Below, one piece after another: positions 54,505-64,000 of a stretch of DNA of 64,000 bases. The DNA is from Octopus sinensis (Eukaryota): contig NC_043018.1 in the NCBI RefSeq assembly GCF_006345805.1, forward strand, positions 29,264,001 to 29,328,000, in the 5' to 3' direction. A model generated the notes under the pieces. That model ran no database searches, was not told the DNA's origin, and worked only from the letters and a program-made list of their open reading frames with translations. The translations under genes were made by a program, and so were the position numbers. Numbering within the stretch: the stretch's first letter is position 1; each line of letters opens with the position of its first letter.

Positions 54505-54720
54505 TGGAGGCGCATGGCTTAGTGGTTAGGTATTTGGACTCATGATCGCAAGATTTTGGATTCGAATCCTGGACCAAAACATCCCATTTCACGTTGCTCC
54601 AGTCCACTAGACTGGCAAAATTAACTAATCCTGCGGTAGACCAGTGTCCCGTCTAAGTGAGGAATATATATGCCATGAAAGAGGGAAACCTGCCCATAAG
54701 AGTCGGTATGATTCGAGACA
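54505..54720 (+). mobile_element. tRNA-derived SINE
   Basis: TGGAGGCGCATGGCTTAGTGGTTAGG..TTCGAATCC..CCAGTCCACT; related to the copy at 7621. Confidence 0.75.
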
Positions 54721-55175
54721 GTAACGTTACTTTACTTTTGAACGCTGAGGTCGCTGGTTTTCATAATTTCGCGAATCGTTGAGATAAAGTACCGATCAAG
54801 TACAACGTTCGATATCATCGATTTACTGCATCACCTCAAAATTTGTCATCTCGAACACAGCAACAGATCAGTGCCTCATTTAGGGCACTATTCTGCTAGT
54901 GGTGACTTATATACCTAGGAAAGTCGGCAGGCGTTCATCTTGTTCATCGTCGGAAACGAAGGAACGACAAACATTTCATGCTCACAGACTCATGTATATA
55001 TGTTTATATACATCCACATATATACTTAAGTATATGTGTTTGTATTTAAGTATTTATGTATATATGCATATAGGCTTGCATGCACGCATCCACAATAAAT
55101 TTTTAAGTAGATGTGAAGAGAAAATTCAGGGTCTGTTATATTGTTCCTTTGCATATGTCTACTAATCTTAAACAC

Positions 55176-55223
<48 letters not shown>

Positions 55224-55329
55224 AACACACACACATACATAAAGGCTGGCACACAGGGGATGCTTATGCACATATATATGTGTGTGTAATTTACAAATAT
55301 ATACATGCATGTATATGAATGTGTGTGTT

Positions 55330-55398
<69 letters not shown>

Positions 55399-56446
55399 TT
55401 GTGTGTGTGTTGTGTGTGTGTGTGGTGTGTGTGTGTGTGTAGTTGTGTATATATGTACACAGAGGCGCAGACATAGACACCGGACTGTGTTCGTGACAGA
55501 AAATTTTCATGTGTTTGTGTTGTATGTCCATGTGGTGAGTGGTATACATTGGTGTAAATGTGTATGCATGCATGTGTACGTACGTGTAGCGAATATAGCT
55601 GGTGCCCAGCCACATCTATTCACCAATTCCATTACTAATGATTACCATTTCATTGGCCGTGGAGTAAAATCAATGAATTAGAAACCCCAACAGAGCAACT
55701 AAGAAAAACCTATTGACCGTTTGAATTTAGTGAAGAAGTCTTGAAATGGACCTCGCTTAGTGGTTAGCGCCATTATTTTGTAGAAAGACAGTGGAGCACA
55801 AGCACATATATTAGACCAGACTTACACAAAGACAAATACACCCACACCCACTAGCTCCCTGAAGACCTGACTCATATATGCTTGTATAAATATATATATA
55901 TATATACTATATATCTATTAATATATATCATATATATATATACATATATATCTATATATTATATATACATATATATATGTACATATATATATTACACACA
56001 CACACACATACACACAACACACACACACCCACCATATATATATATATATATTATAACGCAGAAATATCATTTAGTCTGCAGAGGTCAATATCTTAATTCA
56101 CTGACAGCTTATCGTCCTAAGTTATAATATATCCACCTCTCTCTCTCCCACTCTCTCTCTCTCCTCTTTCTCTCTCTCTTCCTCTTCTGTCTCTCCCTGT
56201 CCCGCACTCTCTCCCGTCTCTCTCTCTCTTATTGTCTGTGCATACGTTTTCGTTTTCTTTAACGCTCTAGTTTTCTCTACTCTACCCTTATATGTGCATA
56301 TATATTAGCATACGGATAGGTTCCACATCCTAAGCGACACACAGGCATACACCTGCCTATATAGACATACATCCAAAGACATTCATACACATAGATATAT
56401 TCATTAACACAGGAACACATGCACACACGTGTATACGTACACACCT

Positions 56447-56448
56447 AC

Positions 56449-56513
<65 letters not shown>

Positions 56514-56636
56514 GAGATAGATAGATAGATAGATAGATAGAATAGATAAGATAGTAGATAGATAGATAGATAGATAGATAGATTAGATAGATAGATAGAT
56601 AGATAGATATATAGATAGATAAAGATAGATAGATAG

Positions 56637-56667
<31 letters not shown>

Positions 56668-56693
56668 TAGATAGATGAATATATAGATAGATA
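56447..56693. repeat. (GATA)n microsatellite
   Basis: Directly visible. Confidence 0.95.
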
Positions 56694-56932
56694 TGTCAGT
56701 ATACTTCTAACCTCGTATGACAACGTCTTATACATATTCGTGAGTAAAACATTTTCTTGTCAAAAAGCTTTTAGGGGAAAAAAATATACTAATACAGAAA
56801 TGAAAGCGACGTCTGACAAGTTTTCACCGGAAGTGACGAACTCAGTGAAGTAAAGTGATGAGCAAGAAGATCAATAGAAAAAAATAAGTAAATGGGACGA
56901 CGATATCACTAACGTCGTTACTATTGTTTCGT

Positions 56933-57344
56933 AGAAGAAGAGGAAGAAGAAGAAAAAGAAGAAGAAGAAGAGAAAGAAGAAGAAGAGGAAGAAGAATGAG
57001 GAGGAGGAGGAGAAGAAGAAGAAGGAGAAGAAGGAGGAGGAGGAGAAGAAGAAGAAGAAGAAGAAGAAGAATGGGGGAGGAGGAGGATAAGGAGAAGAAG
57101 AAGAAGAAGAAGAAGAAGAAGGAGGAGGAGGAGAAGGAGAAAAAGAAGAAGAAGAAGGAGAAGAAGAAGAAGGAGAATAAGAGGAAGGAGAAGAAGAAGA
57201 AGAAGAAGAAGAAGAAGAAGAAGAATGGGGGAGGAGGAGGAGAAGGAGAAGAAGAAGAAGAAGAAGAAGAAGGAGGAGGAGGAGAAGGAGAAAAAGAAGA
57301 AGAAGAAGGAGAAGAAGAAGAAGGAGAATAAGAGGAAGGAGAAG

Positions 57345-57409
<65 letters not shown>

Positions 57410-57448
57410 AGAAGAAGAAGAAGGGGGAGGAGGTGGAGGAGGGTGAAG
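56933..57448. repeat. Polypurine (GAA/GAG)n tract with an internal duplication of about 154 bp
   Basis: GAATGGGGGAGG at about 57068 and 57223; GGAGAATAAGAGG at about 57172 and 57323. Confidence 0.92.
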
Positions 57449-57859
57449 GTTTTGTATATGGTGCGACCGAAACAGTCATTGGTATTGTGTCACGGACAAA
57501 GAGTGTTGTAGAAGACATTGAGTGAGATGACGTCATACAACTGAGAATGTGCCACTTTTGAGAGTGAGAAAATATCTCCTTTATTCATTGACATTGTGAC
57601 CTACACTGAGTGAGGAGAGAGAGCAATGGATTCTCTGGTGTGCAGGCGAAGTCATTCAGAGATATTGTGCCATAGAGTAAGGGCGGAACAGATTTATGAA
57701 GGAGATGACATGACACGGTGATATTGAGCTACAGACCAACGATCCCAGGCTGCAGGCTAGAACTGAACCATGGATCATTTTGTTGACGGTTCGAATAGAA
57801 AGAATAGACTTTTAAAATCTTAATTCTAAGCCTGTAGGATGCTTTTGTCATTATATATA

Positions 57860-59146
57860 CGAGGGGCGTTCAATAAGTAATGCCCCTGACCCACTTCCCA
57901 TAGCAGTAGAGCAACGAAACTTGGCACAGTTATTAGTCTTTTTCTACATAGGAACCACCCAGAGTTACGCATTTCTCCCATCGTTTGATGCGGCTCTGGA
58001 TAGCGTTTTTGTAGAAGAACCCAGCTTGGTCCTCCGACCTCAACGTGACTTCAGAAATCAAGGCTGCATCATCTGGGAAACGCTTTCCTTTCAAAAACAA
58101 CTTCAGGATTGGGAAGAGGTGAAAATCAAGGGTGCAAGGCCAGGAAAGTAGGGGGATGGGGAGGAGTTCATAGCCATACGCCTGTGCTTCTGATCTGGCG
58201 ACAAGCGAGTTGTGGACCGGAGCGTTGTCCCTGCAGGAGGAGGATCCTTTGCTCATCTTGCCCCGCCTCTTGATTTTGATAGCTTCCTTAATTTCCTCAA
58301 AAGTGAAGCATAATAGGCTCCTGTAATTGTGACAAACCCTTTGCCAAGAAATCTGTCATCACTACTCCGTCCTGGTCCCAGAAGACTGTGGCATGACCTG
58401 GCCAGCGGAGGGCTACACCCTTGCCTTCTTTGGAGGAGGTGAGTCACGGTGCTTCCACCGCATTGACTGGGATTTGGTCTCTGGATCATCGTGATGGACC
58501 CAGGTGTCATCCTGTGTAATCAGTCTTTTTGAAAAATTTTTGACTCATCTTCTTGGCACATCTCCAAATTCGCCCTCGAGCACTCGACGCGTTCTTGCTT
58601 CTGAAAGGCGTGATAACCTGGGAATCCATCTGGCAGACACCTTTTGCATATGCAAATGGTCATGAATGATAGTTTCCACAGACCCGGTACTAATCTTGAC
58701 CTCATGGGCTATTTGGCGAATAATTATGCGTCGATCTTCAAAATGGCCAGCCTCAATTTCGGACAAATGCCTCATCAATAGCAGAAGGGGGCGACCAGAT
58801 CTGGGAGCTGTTTCCACAGTGTTCCGACCATGTTTGAATTCACGATGCCAGCGTTTTACAAGGTCATATGATGGGGCATCATCACCATAAGTTACTTTCA
58901 TTTCATCAAAAGTCTCCCGTGGTGTGCGTCCTTTCAAATACAAAAACCGGATCACTGCTCGACATTCAACAGGCTCCATTTCGCACTTGACTCGGTTCAA
59001 ACACCTGTAAATCAGAAACCACAATTAATTCAGAGCTGTAATTTGCCACTTACTCTATAGAGATAGAAACGATTGCACATGCACAATTTCAGCTAGATCA
59101 AACAACTGGAAGTGGGTCAGAGGCATTACTTATTGAACGTCCCTCG
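57860..59146 (-). mobile_element. Full-length mariner (irritans-like), 1287 bp, frameshifted transposase
   Basis: 39-bp TIRs CGAGGG(G/A)CGTTCAATAAGTAATGCC(C/T)CTGACCCACTTCC with 2 mismatches, flanked by TA. Peptides MEPVECRAVIRFLYLKG, KVSARWIPRL, DNAPVH, DFHLFP. Confidence 0.97.
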
Positions 59147-60011
59147 TATATGGTTAATCCAAACATGAAAACACAATAACGCGAGGATGTGGAACAAGTA
59201 TGATGTTATTGGACGCTCATTACAATAACATTATATGTAGCAATTATATAAGTAATAATTCAATCATATATCCTGTGCTTTGTTATGCTTTGTTATGCTC
59301 GTGATCTCTCACTCTGTGGAAAATTTGTCTTGCAAGGAACCGGTTCCAAGAGGTAAGTGTCGGGGACCGCAGCCATATATTGAAAGAGATAGAGATTGGT
59401 GGAGAGAGATGATATCATACAATGATATTGTGCTATAGAGTTAAAGATACGAGCAGATTTAGTGATATTGCGTCACAGATTCACAGAGGAGCAGAATTAT
59501 GGTTGGTATTATATCACACGGTACACCATAGACTGGGAGAGGATGACATTTATGGTGGAGGGTTAAACAGATTGAATAAACTTTAAATTTTATGAGTAAA
59601 AAAGGATCGAATGGCCAAACTTAAATATTGTTGCCCTTTATTTTTGTACATCTCTGTTCACTCATTTAGAGTGAGGAATAGGAAGGAAGAGAATAGGCGT
59701 GACAAAGAAAGACAAATATATTTGTTTAATTAAAATAACTACGAAGGAATAATTAATGCTGTCAAGTTAGTAAACATATTAATTAAACTACTTAGTACTT
59801 CATCCTTGCTACATATTTACTCCATTAACTGGTTAAAAGTTAACTCCTTTTATAGAGGAGATGACACGGTGATATTGAGCTGTCCGTATAGTTATATATC
59901 TTGGGAAACGACGAGCCGAATGAATTCTAACATTACAAAAGAAAGAAGTATAGATACTAACACATAAATGTAATTACTGTATACTCTTTTAAATACTCTT
60001 TTACACTTTTA

Positions 60012-60397
60012 CTTGTTTCAGTCATTTGATTGTGGCCATGCTGGAGCACCGCCTTTAGTCGAGGAAAATCGACCCCAGGACTTATTCTTTGTAAGCCTAG
60101 TACTTATTCCATCAGTCTGTTTTGCCGAACTGCTAAGATACGGAGACGTAAACACACAAGTATCGGTTGTCAAGCGATGTTGAGGGGGGCAAACATAGAT
60201 ACACAAACATATACATACACGTACATATATTTATACATATATAGGACGGGCTTCTTTCAGTTTCCGTCTACCAAATCCACTCACAAGGTTTGGTCCGCCC
60301 GAGCCTATACTAGAAGACAGTTGCCCAAGGTGCCACGCAGTGGGACTGAACCCGAAACCATGTGGTTGGTAAACAAGCTACTTACCACACAGCCACT
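60012..60397 (-). mobile_element. SINE family C, full length
   Basis: On minus: GTGGCTGTGTGGTAAGTAGCTTG..GGTTCAGTCCC head through to the AATGACTGAAACAAGTAAAAG tail. Confidence 0.9.
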
Positions 60398-60944
60398 TCT
60401 GCTTCTATATGGGATTTTCTGTTTTTATTAATATCACATTTTTACAGAAAAAAAGAAAGGTAAAACATTACAAGTATAAAACATTCAATTATTGAGAAAA
60501 TCTTTTTCACCAAGGAGACAAGAAATTTTTTTTTTTTAAATGGTGAGAATAAGCAGTAAAAGATGGATTGCAAAGACGTTACCGTGGAGAATGACCAACC
60601 ACACTGGTTACAGAATTTATCCAATGTATGCAAATTTAGATAAACATATAGACATGTTTTTCAATATCGTATTCAGTTCCTTTCCTGCCTGCTGAACATC
60701 TTCGGCCTTCAGTCAGATGAGGAGCCTAAATCTTAGGTTATATGCAGTATGGTGGATATTCAGGAAGTTGAAAGTTGCATCTTGCGCTACCTAGTGGTTA
60801 TATAAACTTTTTGATCCGCAGCTGAAGTATTCTAGTTTCTTCCTAGTGGATCCATCGGTAATAATGTAAATATTATGAACTGACATATTTCTACGCATGT
60901 ATATATTTACATTATGCATGTATGTATGTATGTATGTATGTATG

Positions 60945-60975
<31 letters not shown>

Positions 60976-61077
60976 GCATGTATATATGTATTTATGTATG
61001 TATGTATGTATGTATGTATGTATGTATGTGTGTATGTATGTATTTATTTATGTATGTATGTATGTATGTATATATAT

Positions 61078-61540
61078 GTCATTTCAAGATTTCTTGCCAA
61101 TAGAGAAAGAGCGGCATTCTCACCTAGATCAAAAGCTCTTTCACTGGAATTTCAACAACATCAATGTTTTTGTATATATGCATGTATGTATGTATGTATG
61201 TATTTATGAATTACATTCAGTTTTCTTTCAAGATTTCTTGCTAATAGAGAAAGAGCCGTTTTGTCACCTAGATCAAAAGAACTTTCATTGGAATTTCAAC
61301 ATCAACAAGGTTTTTTTTGTATGTATGTGTGTATACGTGCAGATTTGTATGTAGTGTTTAATGCATGTCTTCTCACATATATTTGCATATCTAGACATGC
61401 TTATATATATTTAAATGATAAACTTCTGGAAAGTTTTATAGATTTTTACAGTTCCACTGATGTCTAGGATGTGTAGTCTTCAAATCATATTTCTGCTCTT
61501 CTGGTTTTGAGAAGTCTAATTTCTTAAGATTAGCATTTAT
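61078..61540 (-). mobile_element. 3' part of the (TACA)n-associated retroposon, with its terminal module duplicated
   Basis: TTCAAGATTTCTTGC.AATAGAGAAAGAGC occurs at about 61083 and 61227. Confidence 0.65.
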
Positions 61541-61834
61541 GTATGTATGTATGTATGTATGTATGTATGTATGTATGTATGTATGTATGTATGCATGTAT
61601 GTATGTATGCATGCATGGATGTATGCATAAAATGTTCGACAAGTGTAAAAAACTAAATATATTCACGAATTAGAAGTAGTCGCTATACAGTACTCCGGAT
61701 GCAGAACCAGCTACTAAAGTTTCCTAGTGATACAATCTCCCAGTATTTAGTGACAGTACATGGAATTCTGGGGGTCAGGCAGCTCTTAAATTATGCAGCC
61801 GGCATGCATTTTCAATAAACTTGAATAAAGATTT

Positions 61835-62250
61835 CTTATTTCTTTATTGCCCACAAGGGGCTACACACAGAGGAGACGAACAAGGACAGACAATAGGATT
61901 AATTCGATTACATCGACCCCAGTGCGTAACTGCTACTTATTTAATCGTTCCTAAAAGTATGAAAGGCTAAGTCAGCTTCGGCAGAGTTTGAACTCAGAAC
62001 GTAGCGGCAGACGAAATACCTATTTCTTTACTACCCACAAAGGGGCTAAACACAGAGGACAAACAAAGACAGACAAAGGGATTAAGTCGATTATATAGAC
62101 CCCAGTGCGTAACTGCTACTTATTTAATCGTTCCCGAAGTATGAAAGGCTAAGTCAACCTCGGCGGAATTTGAACTCAGAACGTAACGGCAGACGAAATA
62201 CGGCTACGCATTTCGCCCGGCGTGCTAACGTTTCTCCCAGCTCGCCGCCA
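61835..62250 (-). mobile_element. SINE family B, dimeric form
   Basis: Reverse complement of the 20346 and 24461 structure. Confidence 0.9.
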
Positions 62251-62322
62251 AAGATTTCTGCATCCTATGCACTGTATAAAGTCTGTGTATTGACAGACAG
62301 ACACACACACACACACACACAC

Positions 62323-62363
<41 letters not shown>

Positions 62364-63047
62364 CACATACACACACACACACACACTCACACACACACAC
62401 ACAAGCACACAAACACATTGTCGAGGTAACATAGTAAAGACAGAGTGAGAGATACAAATAAAATAATGATTCCATTGTCCCACACTCTCAGTCAGTTTAA
62501 AAGATATCCCTGATTATATCTACAGAAAAAGAAGAAACACAATTGTTGGATTTCAGAATGAAGAAACCAATTTGGTGAAGTTCGAATTGTTTGCAACAGT
62601 ATCAGCCATTTCTGTATTCTCCTTTCTCATTCAGTTCCTCCCACCATATTTCTTTCCCTATCCTCCCTTAACCCTCACCCCGCCCCCGTCCGTCTATCCA
62701 TCTAAGTCTTTTATCTCGTCTCTTTCCTCATATCTCTGCTTCATCTTTCTTTAAATTCTTCAACTTCTAAATTACAGCTTCGATATTTATCTTTGTATTT
62801 GCTTTTCGTTATTAACAATTTGTGATGATCTTTTTGTGTCTTGTTTTGATTCGCATTTTTATTTTCATTTTTTTGTTTTGTTTATTGTTTATTTGTCAGA
62901 AAGTCTGGGAATTAGTTTTGCGGTTTATTTAAGACAGGAAAGATCACCTGGATATGGATTTTGGTATAAACTTCAGAGATTGCAGCAAATTCTTTCATTT
63001 CCAGGAACAGTGGAGATCAAGAACCCGAAATAGAGGAGGAGATGGAG

Positions 63048-63109
63048 AAGTGGTGGTGGTCGTGGTGGTGGTGGTGGTCGTGGTGGTGGTGGTGATGGTG
63101 GTGGTGGCG

Positions 63110-63149
<40 letters not shown>

Positions 63150-63242
63150 AGGTGATGGTGGTGGTATTAGTAGTAGTAGTAGTAGTAGTGGTGGTAGTAG
63201 TAGTAGTAGTGGTGGTGGTGGTGATGGTGGTGGTGGTGGTAT

Positions 63243-63275
<33 letters not shown>

Positions 63276-63315
63276 TAGTAGTAGGAGGAGGAGTAGGAGG
63301 AGGAGGAGGAGGAAG
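63048..63315. repeat. (GTG/GTA/GGA)n trinucleotide tract
   Basis: Directly visible. Confidence 0.95.
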
Positions 63316-63492
63316 AGTGGCGAAGATAAAAACAGAAAAGAGAAAATATTTGCGATGGAAAATTACGAGAATTAAAGACAACAAACGAAACGAGATAAGA
63401 TAAGCGCTATCTTATTCGTACTCTTCTCTTACAATTCTATCCATATCTAGGATGCTTTATAGGAACGTATTTTAATTTATAGGCAGATAGCA

Positions 63493-63672
63493 CAGGCATG
63501 GCCTTATGGTTAAGCAGGTCGTTTTTCTGTCATGCGGTTTCTGGTTCAGTCCCGCTGCGAGGTACGTCGGGCAAGGATGTTTTGTTATAGTCTCTAACCG
63601 ACAGCTGCTTTATTAGCGAATTTAGGAGACGGAAACTTTGTGGGTGTCTGTCATGTGTTTATTTCTATCTCA

Positions 63673-63710
<38 letters not shown>

Positions 63711-63937
63711 GTGTGTGTGTGTGTATCTATCTGAGTGTGTATATATTTGTGTTTGTCCCTGATTGATATCCGACGTCGAATATCAGTGTTTACATCCCCA
63801 TCATTTAGCGGATTTGGAACCGCTGGAATAAGTACTTGGCTTATAAAGAATAACCACTGGGTTCGATTTCTTCGACTAAAACACTTTAAGGTGCTCCAAT
63901 ATAGCCGCAGTCAAATGACTGAAACATGCAAAAGAAA
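63493..63937 (+). mobile_element. SINE family C, diverged
   Basis: GGTTCAGTCCCGCTGCG head; CAGTCAAATGACTGAAACA tail. Confidence 0.75.
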
Positions 63938-63971
63938 AAAGAATAATGTAGAACTATATTCTCAATGTGTG

Positions 63972-64000
63972 TGGAAGCACATGGCCTAGTGGTTAGAGCA
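63972..64000 (+). mobile_element. Start of a family A SINE, cut by the window edge
   Basis: TGGAAGCACATGGCCTAGTGGTTAGAGCA. Confidence 0.75.

Noticed and set aside
56756-56820. CTTGTCA..GCTTT..AAAGC-GA-CGTC-TGACAAG, a hammerhead-shaped pairing
   Set aside because: Both conserved core strands are incomplete.

Overview
This is AT-rich, microsatellite-saturated eukaryotic DNA. The SINE families and repeat density suggest a cephalopod, probably an octopus (inference). No host protein-coding gene can be called with confidence, and almost all ORF-track entries are translated microsatellites. The window holds: (1) a full-length, mildly decayed Tx1/L1-clade LINE (11951-17458, minus strand) with a perfect 14-bp TSD; (2) one full-length mariner and several deleted or decayed Tc1/mariner copies; (3) an RTE 3' end, Helitron-like non-autonomous elements and many tRNA-derived SINEs; (4) a 100-N gap. 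The layer the ORF track does not show is a dense set of type I minimal hammerhead ribozymes (HHRs) of the Penelope-pLTR/retrozyme kind. These are: three in a 480-bp tandem array; one in a 354-nt terminally redundant unit that the Tx1 LINE has interrupted about 22 nt from the ribozyme, on the same strand; an inverted pair in a Penelope 3' fragment that also encodes a GIY-YIG C-terminus; U3:A8 core covariants; one with a long stem II; and a repeated non-canonical core variant. All ribozyme calls were folded by eye and none has been tested.
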